Shown here: positions 1-14,200 of the stretch, piece by piece
Numbering within the stretch: the stretch's first letter is position 1
Layout of the letters: each line of letters opens with the position of its first letter
NCBI GenBank assembly: GCA_964199315.1
Contig: OZ116699.1
Span: forward strand, 13,268,001 to 13,332,000
DNA: 64,000 nt
Source of the DNA: Orbicella franksi
Taxonomy: Eukaryota
Direction: 5' to 3'
Position numbers and translations under genes: made by a program
The notes under the pieces: model-generated
Database searches by the model: none
Seen by the model: the letters and a program-made list of their open reading frames with translations, nothing else
What the model was told of the DNA's origin: nothing

Positions 1-578
1 TTCAGCCGCAGGATTTAACTGAAACACCCGGAAACATTATACAAAATGACAAGATCTGCCTCTGCAGTTGGGTCGTGTTCTATAGCAGATTCGCAAATTA
101 TTCAGGGAAGGTATTCACCAACTTCCGGGGTTTAACTCAAGAGAGAAACCGAGGCAGACTGTCACGGTCAAAGTAGTGAAGGCACTGGTAATGTGGACGG
201 CACATCACACCCGCCGTAATTACGAGCTGTATACTGAAAAAAGCATTATTAGCACTATTGAAAGCGTAAATCATAATCATAGAAACCAATTTATCCTACA
301 AGACGATCATCGACACGACGCAACTAGCCCGGCTTGGCGACACTCGGCATAACGATGAAACGATCCTTTACGACTTCTGGTCTTTATAAGCCATTTTCAT
401 TGCATTTTCATTTTATGATTGGACTGTATCTAGCTTACAATGGAAGCTTTGTGGGAACCCTTACCTCTAAAGAACCAGTGGTTTATACCGTACAATGCAG
501 TTCCATTGTCCAGTTGAATTTCGTACGTGATTAAACTTTTATTTAAGCAGCAAATTAAACAAAATAAACTCAACTTAC

Positions 579-809
579 GATGGTCTCGTCTCGCTTGTCC
601 ATTCTTCTCAACAATATCACCAATAAAATATAGATGGCAAATGCTGTAACAATGGTTGCAAGAACAGCGATATTGTCAGATAAGTTCTGGAAGCCCTCGA
701 ACACTTTATCAAAGTCAATTGGATTGGGGGCGGTGACGAATCCTCCTCCAAAAGATGTCAAATGATTACAGAGGCAGTGGACCCGATCAACTCGTGTATG
801 GTTTCCAGC
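579..809 (-). CDS. PKD1-like exon: GPS cleavage site and first TM helix
   Basis: AGNHTRVDRVHCLCNHL/TSFGGGFVTAPNPIDF...IAVLATIVTAFAIYILLVILLRRMDKRD. Acceptor ttacttatag at 810, donor gtaagt at 578, 231 nt, phase 0-0. Confidence 0.95.
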
Positions 810-3800
810 CTATAAGTAAAGTCGGACTGTGTGCTGTTAATTAATATAGAACAACTATTGACTTAATTAAGTCTGTCCAGAATCGGTCCAGTCATTAAGA
901 GTTTAGTGATACCCACGGAAATTAAAATACATACACAGCTTGAAGAAGAAGTCTAACAAGATAAAAAAAGTATTTAATAAAGTTTCTTTTCCCATTAAGG
1001 TGGCAATAAGATTTCATATCCCTTTGAATTATTGAACCGACAAACCTACAATCCTGGCCAAAACTCCTTTGGACACTTGACAAAATGCCAACTGGTGACG
1101 CATTATTTTGAATTGGGAAGTCATTTATCGATTTGCCGAACGCCCCTTCCCCCAAAATAATACAATGTTGGAATAGTGGGTCTACTTTGGATGAATCAAC
1201 ATCAATATTGTGTTGGGGGTCGGGAAAGGGAAGTGGACAGAAAGACCATACCGTTAATCCTCGAATTAGCGCCCCCCCCCCTCCTCGAATAAGCGCCCTT
1301 CCTATCGGCCAAAATTTAAAGTAAGCGCCCCCCCCCCTCGAATAAGCGCCCCTCTCCCCTCCCCCCATGTTGTGGACGAGTAATGAGACAACAAAGGATG
1401 TATAGTTTTCGTCGTGAAGTATTAGATTTGTGCATTGTTTCAGTTTGTGAACTTGTTAAGTTTGGAAAAAAATTACAAGTACTAACGGCGCCGCGAGTTA
1501 AAGTTTAGGATCAGCTTTTTAGGTCGATAGACAGCTTATGTTGTTGTTTACGCGCAGATGATGTATTAAAAAAATTGTCATGTCAGGCGACCATTTGGGA
1601 AAAATTTAATAAGCGCCCCCCTCCCCCCCCCTTCTCGATTAAGCGCCTCCCTCGAATAAGTGCCCCCGTCTTCTCCTAAATTTGAAATAAGCGCCCCGGG
1701 CGCTAATTCGAGGATTTACTGTATTTGGGAAAAAGTGCAGTGTCCTAAGACTTTTGACCAGAATTATTTTAAACCCAGCAGTCAGATTAGGGGTCATTGC
1801 CATAAATATAATCCTGCATATGGGACGTTCTTTTGCGCTAAATTAACAATTTTGCATCCTATATAAATACAGGAATCAAGTAATTTCATAATCAAAATCT
1901 ATAATTTTAGCCTAGTCTAATGACGTAGCTCACGATTGGTAGGCATCTGATCGATGAACTAGTGAACTAGCGTCTTACGTACCTTACATCCTTTAGATGT
2001 CCATGTCTCATTTTTCTCATCCCAAAACTTACATGGAGATGAAAAACTATTAACAGTGTAATTGATGTCTCTCTCAGGGTCATACTCGGGGATCTGTAGT
2101 TTGTATTCGTCCTGAGGCCCAGTTGCAGGTCGAGGTGGAGGATCCCTATACTCTATACAAGAACGTCTGACTCGTACGCCATCTGAACAAGACCTACGCT
2201 CACGTGACTGTGTACCGTTGATATGTTTTGAATCCCGATAGGCTGCGATTCCCATGTAGTATTCACCAGCTACTGGTATCAAAGATGCGTCTATGAAGAC
2301 AGTGTAAGGGTCATACTCGCAAATCTCATAACCGTTCTCAAGAGTTCTACAGGATGTAAAGTCTGGTACAACTGCAACGAAATGATCACCTCCCACCTGA
2401 GGTCGTTCTCCATAACGCCAATGAATCTCAAACAATGCGTCGTTGTTATTCGATGTAATCTGAATGATCTTTGGTTCTCCGACATTCTCTATGTCAAATG
2501 TACGATAAACAATGCTTCCATTTTCCCCTTTCATAAACGCTGGTCTTGGTTTGGTCAGTAAGTCGACGTTGCGAGGTATCAATAAACTGATTTCATTTTG
2601 AAGGGAGGACACTTCTAAAACATTCTGTTTGTCATCTTTGAGTAGAACAGTCAGCACGTGCGAAGAAATGGTCATTGAAGTGTTATCCCATGTAAACGGA
2701 TTGTCAGAGAAAACAAGCACCTGAAAATAAAATGAAAATATTGATTGTAATTCTGTTATAGACAGCTAAAACTAACAGCTTTTAATGACTGGTTGAAAGG
2801 TAGAAAGAGACAATGCATTCAATTTAGACGACATTTTTAATGGAGATAAGTTCATTGCTTTAATTTCTAATACCTGTAAATCCACATTTTTACCAGCCTT
2901 ATTTCCAGCCAGCACTTCAGAAACGCTAGGAAAGTGGACAGACACCTGCCCATTCCCAACAGTGTGTTCTTCTTCAACGTCGGATCTTATCTTTTTTAGG
3001 ACCATAGACATTTGTGGAACAGATATAACCAGAGGTTCATCTCCTACAACAGCCAGGGAACTTAAGATGTCAGTTACATTACTGAGCGTCGCCATGGCCT
3101 CCAAGGCAATCGACCTTGCCTGAAAAATAATTGTACAAACAACGCAAGAATTAAAATAGCATAGAAAACGTAGTTGTGTTCGTTTTTCAGCATTCCGGAA
3201 AGGTGTTGCATTTTAAGTTACTGGACAGTCATAGTGCTGATGGCAGTTTGTAGCCTGATTAAAGCTCATCACTGCATGACGCATATGGATCAGAAGCTAT
3301 TCTATCGCAGGTCCCTACTCGCATTTGCATAGTTTCCCCAAAGGTTTAACGGTACCTTTACACATTCTGTAATTTGAGGCGGTATGCGCTAAGGAGTCTT
3401 GCCAATACAAGAAAACGACAAAACCGTTACGCCAATGCAACTCCCAATAAAAAGCATAAGGCTGTAGTTAGAATTTTAGTGGCCTTCCAAGCCTCATTCC
3501 TTGCCCAACAACTCCAGCCTTTTGCACACTTGATAATACCCTGTAAGAAGGTTTAAGTTGTAGTCATCATATTCCTAAAACATTACCTTTTCCCTGGTAG
3601 TATTAAATGACAAGTGGCTATCATTGGTACGAGGCTCCAATCTGGCCGTGAAACTAGCCGCCATGATGACATTGACTATGCCCGTTTCTACTATGACTGC
3701 TGTGTCTTCGATATGACTTGCAAGAGTCTCCCTATCACGTGACTTTTTGTTCACTATAACTGCCATTTCTTGGAATTGCTTTAAGCTTATTTCCTGAAAT

Positions 3801-5019
3801 GTTCAAAACGCTCTTACAGTGTAAACTTACGGTACAAATAAACAATTAAATCACTGAGGGTGACAAGGGTGACACGAAAACAATACCGGGTGATTGGAGG
3901 CTGGTTGGTCGAAATTAACACTAGGGTGAAGACATAATAAGACCCATTTGGAGTGAAGAGCTTTAGCCCAGGACCTCGCGATTTCAAGTCGAGGTCCTGA
4001 TGACTCTGGCGGCATGCTGCTTCTTCGGCCTACAGGGGCGGCAAAGACTGAGTCCATTTATAAATATTTACACGAAAAGTAAATAATATATGTCAATATG
4101 GTAGGAAAACGGAAGGGAAAAACGGAACGAACAGGGTTGATGAGCTTCGGAAAAGATGACTGCGAAGAAGATCACTCTGTGAGCCCCAAAACATTGACAC
4201 TGAAAATGAGGAGGCTGGTAAAAATCGAGAATAAAATAAAAAGCTAACCCTTTATAGCTGGTAACTGACAACGACGAAGCATAATTTTCATCACCAAGCT
4301 TCGATGTAAGGTGTGAATGCTTTTCATTATATTATGTTTGGATACATGTAATTCCACGAGCAAGCAAGACAAACCATATTCTACACTATGATTGGCTACC
4401 CTAGCGGGTAAGATGAGGCTGTCTTGTCCGCTTAGGATCCTCGGATGTAATAAATTCATAATTGTATAAGTTTGTACGCCCAGGAAGGCTGGATGTTGGC
4501 CTCGTACCTTTATTTTCTTGCGTGATTCACGAAATCCATATTTCTTTGTTTTGTTCTTGTGAGTAATGTTTTGCACACTTTCAGCTATGACCACTTTAAA
4601 CATTTCAAAACAAGTACGGTGCGTTTTCTTTACCTGAATGTCTACAGTAACCTCTTCCTTAACAAGAGTTACTTGACTTAGGGCAGATCCTAACTGCTTG
4701 ACATCCGATAGAGACGATACTGTTTTGTTTGTAAGAATAGTTCCAATCGCTGTTCTCATCTATGAAAGCCGAAAAAATGAATGTATAGAAATATGAATTG
4801 CATACATTGTAATAAAATGAAGAGGCCACAAAAAACAATCGGTGAAAGTTATGATTAAATCAATAATAAAAGGGTTTTTTTTTCTCGTCAGAAGAATATT
4901 CCAGAAGTAAAATAATATACTAGAAAATGACGACTGACGGATGGGTGGACGGACGGAGCAGGCGAGTGACTGACTGACTAACTGAGGGTGGACGGACGGA
5001 GCGAGCGAGCGACTGACTG

Positions 5020-5051
<32 letters not shown>

Positions 5052-5185
5052 ACGGATGGATGGACGGACGGACAGACGGACGGACGGACAGACGGACGGA
5101 CTGACACGCCTGACTGACTGACTGACAAACTGGCTAGCTAGCCGAATGACTGACTGACTAAGTGACTGACTGACTGACTGACTGA

Positions 5186-5238
<53 letters not shown>

Positions 5239-8200
5239 TGACTGACTGACTGACGGACGGACTGAATAACTGACTGACTGGTCATTCAATCCATCGTTAA
5301 AGCTATATCGACTGATTGATCGATCGATCGATCGATCGATTGATTGACTGATTGACCAGGATATACGACAAAAATCAGAAAGGCACTACTTCTCTAGAAC
5401 TCATTCGCCCGTTATAAACGGAACCTCTTCTGTATTCTACGGGTTGGGGGCATCGCTCTGACCGGCTATCCATCGTTTTAGGGACCAAAAGAGAAACTAG
5501 TTCCTACAGGTAGAGGACGACCCTTCAATTTTTCCTTCATTGTCTATTAAACCTATTGTGGTGCAATTGAGCGTCTCACTTGCTGTCGTTCTTCCCTTCT
5601 TGTGGTTCCATTTTGCAAAGCATGAAAGTTCAGGACTGAGACAATTGCGTTCACTTCACGAGTGGCTTCTTGGATCTTACCCACTCTTATTAAGGAAGAC
5701 AGTGACTCTTTTATAAAGTTCTGAAACTTCGTGAAGGTCTCATTCTGTCTATTTCTTCCCAGTAGCACCTGAAATAAATTAAAAAGACGAGGGATACCAC
5801 AACAAGTAGCAGGTAAACACTCTGCATTGTTTCAATCACAAAATAACCAGAATTCCTGAATATACAGATTACAGTGAGAAAAAGAAATAAGGTTTTTTAT
5901 GCCAGTTGTTGTGTAAAAGTCACACAAATTGCAAAAGGTTCTTAACACAGTTTCAAAATTTTTCTGCAAAAATTACATCGCTGTGACATTCCACTGACGA
6001 TGACTTTAAACGCAACGTCCATGACAAGTCCTCAATCGACTTGTATAAAACATATACATTACGAAACGTTACATATATATATATACTTTGATCCTTTCAT
6101 TCACATACCTTGACATCGATGTTTGATGCACTGTACGTTTTGTGACTATCAAAAATCTTGACCTGAAAATCCAGTGTAAAATTATTTTCCACATCTCCAA
6201 GCGGAAGCTTAGTAAAGAAAACAGGTGATATGCCATCATACAGAAGAGACACGACTCCGTACGAGTTTCGGTACTGAAACTCGTATGAAAGTGGAAGATC
6301 TTTGTCAGTCCATCCTTCGCACTTAAAGGAAAAAATTGTATCGTCAGAAAAGCCCCTGGTTGGGTCTACAGAACAGCTTCCACCAATCGGTGGAATGTTC
6401 ACACTGAAGGCTAATTCACTGTAACCATTTGTTCTACCAGGAACCATTCCAATAACCGACACCTTGTAAGTATTCCCAGGGTGAAGAGTGTTCCCCGGGA
6501 GATGAAGCTGATGAATTCTTGTATCATCAATAGCTATAACTTCTCTCCAAACAGACTTGCCTTCTTGTTCATCTCTCTCGTAGACATGCCACTGGTATCG
6601 TGCTTCCACAATGGCTGCTGATTCCGCTGTGTCAATTTCGGTCTCAAGAACGAGACCTTCCGACGGATTAACTGTTGCATCGCAGTTTCGTTTACACCTG
6701 TTGGCAAACAAGTACGTTTATTATAACAGTCTGGCTTGTACGGCATCCAAAACTATAGACATAGTTAACTAAACTGCATGTAGTTTGTCTTCCCAAGTGA
6801 ATGAAAATTAAACTAAAGATCGGCGCCTATACCTAGAGGGCTAGAAAGAATATGAAAGAATATTATACACGTATACATATATTAGTGGCAACGCTTATGA
6901 CCACTGAAAGGTTACGGGTAGCCTTAGCCATCAGCTGAACTGTATAATTTAAATATCTCTAAACTGACTACATGTAGCTTCAGTGACGCAATCGCTTTGA
7001 GCTACGTTCCTGATATGTGGTCACATTGTCTTATGATAGGCCCAAATTCATACGGTTTATTTGTTTGAAATATTTATATAGCTATAAAAAGTGAAACACC
7101 ACGATTACGCCCATGTGCTTATATTTGGATTGCTACTAGTCTTCGTTGGAGATTAGAAAGCCTTGTTCGGAGGTGGCGCTTACTTAGAAGGTTTATAGTA
7201 TATCCTCTATATCTGAAATTCGAGAATGAGATATAGATGCTGTTTGGGAGTTATATTATCTCTACGTCTTTACTAACCTGATCTTAATCACTGGCGGATC
7301 ACCATCGACAATCTTTACCACTTGAGAGAAGTTAGAGATTCGAAAGTGACTGTTAACTGTTTTGGAAACAAACAACACAACTGCGTATGATGAATGCAGC
7401 TTGAGTTTTCCTGTGTACGGTATCTCGATAGACAATCCTGCCTCCATTAAAACCCCTCTCCTTGAACCATTACAGAAAGCAGATGCATTGTAAGTAGAGG
7501 CACTGGAAAGGGACGCTTCACTAAGTACCAAATCTCCTTGAATGTTCCAGGAAGCATTTTGGCAGAGCCAGTAGTAATGTAAATCATGCCCAGTTTCATC
7601 AGCATCGTTGGTGTCGTCAGGATCCCGGGAATCCGATCCGTCAAAAGTGTACGGTTTACCAAAGGCTCTCTCACTTAAACTCCCTCCTTTGATGGACGCT
7701 ATCAGAGGATTTCCGCGTATTTCAATGTAGCCTTCCACAACGCTGAATACCTCATACTGTCCTCTCATGCTAACATTTAACCTAATCACATAGATACCAT
7801 ATGTCACGGTGTTTTCCTGTATCGTAAGCTTTTCGAGTTGTTTGTTATCTGGGTTAAGATCTGTGTGATTCCCAAGTTCATCCCCAGACAAGGACACTTG
7901 AGCAAGACTCCAGCTAATATCCTTATGACTAGTTGCCCTGCAATCAACTTCAATCTGAGAATGAAAATAAACTATCTGTGATGGCGTAAAAGTTGTGCGA
8001 GAATTAATGTCCTTCTCAAACTCTGGCACCGATATGGTCGGAAAATTGCATGGTATCTTTACCACAAGTGCCTTGACATGTATTTCGAAACGTGAGACCA
8101 GATTCCACGCTTGTAAACTTACATCGTAACTGCCCAACGAGGTGTAGTTGTGTTCAATGGAAAAGTTATTCTCTACAAAGTTTGTGAATTCCACTGATGG

Positions 8201-11200
8201 TTTCTCATAGGCGCAATCTGCGTGGCCAAAACCAAAAACAGTTCCATCACCAAGACTAACAATGAAACAAGAATTCGTCCCTTTGTCCTCAGTTAAGATA
8301 TTGAGAATTACTGACTCATCAATTGGCCTAGGGAAGTTATGACTGAAAGAAATGTTTTTAATCGGCAGTTGCACAGCGGCGACAGCTGTTTGGGTCGAAT
8401 AGCCAAAATTATTGGAACAATTAACAATAACCTTGAAAATGTCAATTGCTTTATACATATGGTAGATCTCCGCGGAGGACATGTTTTGGAAAGATGATGT
8501 TTGGATGAAACTACCATCTCCGAGATCCCAAGAACATAAATACGGAAATCCTTCGGTAACGTTCAGTATCATTTGCGTTGACTCAGTAAAGTTGGCTGGT
8601 AAGACTTCTAGAGCTACCTTACCAAGTGATAAAACTTTGTGAACGTAAACAGTTTTCCAGACCTGTACCGTGCTGATGTTATTGTAAACGAAGACAACAA
8701 TGTTCTTTGCACCACTTTCCTGATAATTGAAAAACAATTCCGTCGACCTTTGCGTGAAGCTGGTTCCGTCCCCCGTAATGAACATAAGTTCTGGGTTAGA
8801 ACCATTTCTGATTTCTAGAGCTACGTTAATCTCATCCTTCTGATAGATAAGTTCGAAAGGCCCACAGTTCTTTACAACTAGACACGAAATCTTAATTGGA
8901 ATTTCAACAACAACACTTTGAAACACGCTGACGTTATTTAACTCATTCATAGCCATTATGATGACGTGAAACAGTCCTGGAACGTTATAGATATGGGAGT
9001 TATTTCTTTGCAAGGTCCCCCGGACTCGTGAAAGTAAATACGTTTGTGTTGAATTATCGCCGTAATCGACAGATATGTGAACCGTTGTACCCGAGTCAAT
9101 GGTCCAGTTAATGAAATAAGTATCTCCTAAGGCGATCGCTTTCATTGATTCGTTTACTTTAAAACCTGTGACAGGATCTTGTACAAGGATAGGGACCCTT
9201 GTCAAAGAATGGTTTTGAAGTTGTAAAACCAGTTCTAATAAGCCAGTTGTATTGTAGGTGTGCTCGATAACGCAAAGAGATGTGTTGGTGACATTGCAGT
9301 CTCCGAAGTCCAAACGCATTACACTACCAGTGCAGTTATCGACCCGTATAACAACTGGTGTGTTTGTTGCCACAACGGGAGGAACTGTTATGCTGAGTGC
9401 TGAAAGTTCAAAAGAGGACATTAATTTTAGCAGTCCTATTTCACTAACTAAATTTACGATATTCCCGGCATTCAAGGGCTCTTGCCAAGCGTCTCCAACC
9501 AAGTTGGGTATTGAACTTTACTCACAAATGCACACAAATGTGCACCCATAAAAGTAACAAATTGCTGAACAGGTTGGCTCCTTGTCGTCTTTCAGTTATC
9601 GAGGTAATCAGCAAGACGTGTGCCTTGCTTTGGTGCGTTCACCTATTCGTGCAAACTTGATCTTAATCAAAACGAACGTAACTCATCCTAATTAAGACGA
9701 CAACGCAAGTTTGTTGGGTCTTCTTGCGACTCTGAGCACGCCTGGGAGGAAAAGTCTGTCTGAATCACATCATGATGGCAAATAACACCGAATGAAAAGT
9801 CATGTTCTCCGGGAAGGGGTCACTTTGTAAAAATCGTCATGATTCAACTGAAGAATGGCAATACCACATGTAATAGGCAATTCCCTATTTGCAAAGCCTC
9901 GCACATAAAAAGATGTTTTAATTTATTCGACAAGTGTCCATTTCCATGTCGTGCCTCGGTGCCCATTTTTACAATCTTTACAGCAGTTTTACCATTGATG
10001 TAAATGACTTCATTTGACAGTTGATGAAAGGCACATCTATTTACGTGTCCTGTGCTATTGGTTCTGGGGCGTCTTATACCGAACACCGTATTTTCTCCTT
10101 TTGACAACATATCGTTTATCTTTTCTGGACCATGATATTTCAGATCCCCTTGTTTGCGCCTGTTGACGATCTTCTTTCTTCCCGCTTCAATTCTCCGAAG
10201 CCGGCAGCTTTTCTGGAGCGTCACTCTTACAAAACTGCTCGCTTAACTGATTTCTTGAAGCAAATATTGTTAGCGAGGGTAAAATCCAGTCCAACTTGGC
10301 CTAGTTTTTTTTAAAAATTTGTTTGTGTGTGTTCGTTCGCGACACATTTTGACAAATTGGTAGGTGCATAACAGAATAGGCCGAAAATTCAATCTAAAAG
10401 TAACATGGCAAAATACGCTATTAGTAACTAACATATGACAATCTTTCACACTAACAAATAGTTTAACATCCCACCTGGACAAAGGTGCGTGTTACAAATC
10501 TTTTCTTCTTTATCCGGTCCCAAAAGTGAGCAATCCTTTCCGCCATTTTGTTTCTTTGGATTTTCACAGACGCGCTCTCTGTATTGCTGTCCCCCTGCGC
10601 AAGAGGCACTGCACGCTGACCAAGCAGACCAATCGGTGTATCCACCATTCACGACGTCAACTAATTATGATTTTAAAACAAAACTACTAAGTGATCTCTG
10701 ATGTACTTTACAGCAAAAGTCAAACCTTTGCCTCCTTAACTTAACGACGCTTTCTTTTAACCAAGAGAAAACGAGGGGACATTCTGCCCCCCTTCCCCAC
10801 TTTCTCTTGCTTACCTAAGTGTGTTTCACACATTTTAACTTGTCAATGAAGATTTAAGAAAAAAGTGACCGATCAAATATACTTTCTGTGGTTCCGTTAA
10901 AATTTTCCAAATAGACCGCATTTTAGCAATTTCTCGGTTTTTCTCTTTGGGACTCTCTGAAAGTAATTGGGACATACGGCCTTCGTGAGAAGCTCTCTAA
11001 CATTTAGTATGATAATATTTTTAAAAAAAATTTCGAGTCTTACCATCACATCCAAGGATTTCTACTCTCATGCAAATTCCTTCGTGCCAGGACTTCACGT
11101 GAAACTTGATGAACCGTAGAGATGTGGGATCAAGATGGTGCGTAATTGCAGTAAACTGATCAACATTCCCTTTGAAAACCTGTAATCCAAAGGTATACAA

Positions 11201-14200
11201 TTGAGATATTATGTCTCGATCAATCCTTGAAACGATTTAATAACGAGCGCTACATTAAATTATGATTCTATGATGATGATTCTAAAATCAAATAACAAAG
11301 ATTTCTGGTCTCAAGAGCGAGTAAAACCTCAAATAGGAGTTTCAAAATTTAGAATTTTACGACTTGACACTGATTTAATTTGGAGATAAATCAGTTGACA
11401 AAACTAAACAAGATTAAAGTGTCATATCCCCTTGTCGTCTTTTGTTATTGGCATTGTTGCTAATTTTGTTGTTGTTGTTGTTGATGATGATGCTATTGTT
11501 GTTTCTGGTTACGATTTCAGAAATCAGAGAAGTACAGGAAGCGGCTGGGTAAAAGGCTCGAGCCAACCCATTCAACTCTAACTGTTCCTCTTTAGATAAG
11601 TAAGCTTAAGATACGCAAAACCTTGATATTGCCATCAACCATGTAAGGTTGCAAATTGTCCAATCCATTTGCCGAGGACACCGTATATTCTGTGACCCAC
11701 TTTGCATCCTTTCCATGCTTTCCTTGGGTCGATATCCCAGTCACTCTTTTCTTTTCTCCCAGGTCAATAAGTAGATATTCTCCTGTTATGTTGTTGGCAG
11801 CGCACCAGCCTCCACCACCAATCACGCGGTTTAGTCGTGCACTCCAAGGCTCGTTGTTAACGTTGTAACTACTAGCTGTGAATAAATCGTCCAACAATTC
11901 GCCATTATTCACACCAAGAGGGAAGCCACAAACTGAAACAAACAATAATAAACCAGTTGTTATAGTAATTTATAATTACTGATTTCAGTATTTGAACCTG
12001 GTCATAAGCGAGCCTCAGAGTAAAGAGCAAAGGCCTTAGAGTTGACATGAGTCTTGAATTAGGGTATGTGTGATCAATCAGTTATCTCTTGTTATACGGT
12101 TGGTATCCCAGTAAGCTACTTTAATGATTGCAAAATTATTGTAGCACACAAGAATAATTCTGACTATCGCTGGTAAAGTCCGTACAGACTTGACCAGACG
12201 TTGTAATGAGTTTGTCAGCAATGTCGCTATACATTCGTAAAGCTTGAGAGGACATCAAAACTTTAAACACTATAAAAGAATCAAATCTTACAATATGCCT
12301 TTCATTTATAATACAAAAAATTGGATCCCAACAGTATCAAATTTAACTTTTTTCGCTCCCACAAAATAAAACTCCAATTATCAATAATCCATTTCAATCC
12401 CCCATAATTTTACATACATAGACTTTGTTTCGGAATCAAATAGTTGGCTTAATAGATCCTTGTTTCTTCGAAGGTAGAAAATAACACATGCTTAATCACT
12501 TATGCTCCCTTTACGAAAAACCAGTCTTCAATCTCCTTGCATGTTTTCACCTTGAAAAGTTTTCTGTCAGATGCTGCAAGATGGCATGGGCTTTCAGAGC
12601 CACAGGCTCGTTAAGGTTAAACTTTGTCAAACAATTTCTTTCAGGCAACCTTTGCTTTAGTTTGGCAAGCTGGCAGATGTAACCTAAGTGATACTCAGAT
12701 TCATACCTTGATAACCATACAGTTCAACTTTCATGCACACGTGATTAAACCACGTGACAGGAAGAAACCTGACATAACGAGCTTTTATTTCGTGGCTCAT
12801 TCCATGTTTGACGATGCCATGGTCGTCGGTGTTCCCGAGGAATACCTAAAAGAAATGTTATGAAAGTATGAGTAATGTCTACTATAAAGCCATCTCTAAC
12901 CAGTATTTCAGTTTCACTCCTTTCCTTTCATCAGCTAAGGACTTGTTTGTTGTTGTTGTCGTTCTTGTTGTTGCATAAGTTCATTATACGGTGAATGTTT
13001 TTAACAGCTGCTAGAAATACTTTGATTATTACAATGAAAAATAATGTGCATTTCTGAAGAAAGTTAAAATTTGATATGTTTTATTAAAAATTAAGAAGAA
13101 ATACGCTGCAGGTCAAAAACTTTAAGAGAAATAAAATAGTTCACGCTACCTTTGGAGTCTCATTTTCGATGTACAATTCCCACGAAGACCCATCCAAACT
13201 GTACGACAAATTGTACTGCGTCACCCAGCAACTATCATTCATCACGTGACTACCTTGAGTGGCCACTTGAGTGATGTTATGGCTAGTTCCTAGGTCAATC
13301 TGTAAGTACTGTTGACTGTTATCTTCTCCCGCGCGCCAAGTTTCGCTCTGGAATCCAACAGCTAGGCGGGCTCTCCAAGGCTCGTTACCTGGCCCTGCAT
13401 GACTGGAGGCCGTCATGGCTGAATTATTAAGCTTTTGTTTCTGAATTCCCAGAGGTGTACTGCGACCTTGTGATTTCAACAAAATCTGATTAAGATATTT
13501 CTGTCACAGTATTTTAAGAAAACAAATTACTACTTTGCTACTCTTCTCCACAGTTTCGTTTCTTGTTGTTTTACTATAGACACTTTCAGTAGTTGCGTTA
13601 TACATACCCCTACTCCGTATGTCCACTCGCATACACACATGACCAACCCAACTGACTGGATGGATCCTGATAAATCGTGCCAAAACATGTTTCATAAATT
13701 GGCGAGTGGCAACAGTCCTGCTGTCGTTATTTCCTTGGAAGCGCTGTAAATGAAAACATAGATTATTCAAATTACTGATTGTCAAAAGAAGTACGGGCAA
13801 TACAGTTCTTATTCTCTCAAAAAAACCCTTGTGAGGACAGAAACCTATGAAACGAAAACTGCTCGTTGCATTTCCATATATTCTGCAAAGCCGGAAATTC
13901 TCATAATGTTAAAATAAAGAATCAAATATATGAATAGAACGATCTCTGCTTTCATTTCTCTTTCTTCCATTTTCAACGGTGGGAAAAACCTAGTGGGATA
14001 ACATCATGCATTTTTACCTTTAAAGAACCGTTCTCTTTATATCGTTTCCATATGTCACCAAAATGTCCATAAGAAACCGTGTAGGTCTCAACCCAGGCGT
14101 CCTCGTCGACAGCTCCTTGAGTAATGATCTCTGTGACGTGGCTGTTTCGCTTGAGGTCGATTTCTAGGTATTGCGTATCGTCGTCGAACTCAGCACACCA

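Noticed and set aside
1-540. Next PKD1-like exon (PLAT domain) expected here
   Set aside because: No in-frame exon with a PLAT motif was found; it presumably lies beyond the left edge.
922-1368. 148-aa Gly-rich ORF
   Set aside because: Spans a MITE with GGGGCGCTTATT repeats; no protein motif.
4760-5285. ORFs rich in SVRP/SQS
   Set aside because: Translations of the tetranucleotide microsatellite.
9844-10224. 126-codon sense ORF between the TSP1 and PKD exons
   Set aside because: No good phase-1 acceptor/donor pair and no recognisable domain. The flanking exons join in frame without it. A cryptic exon cannot be fully excluded without cDNA.
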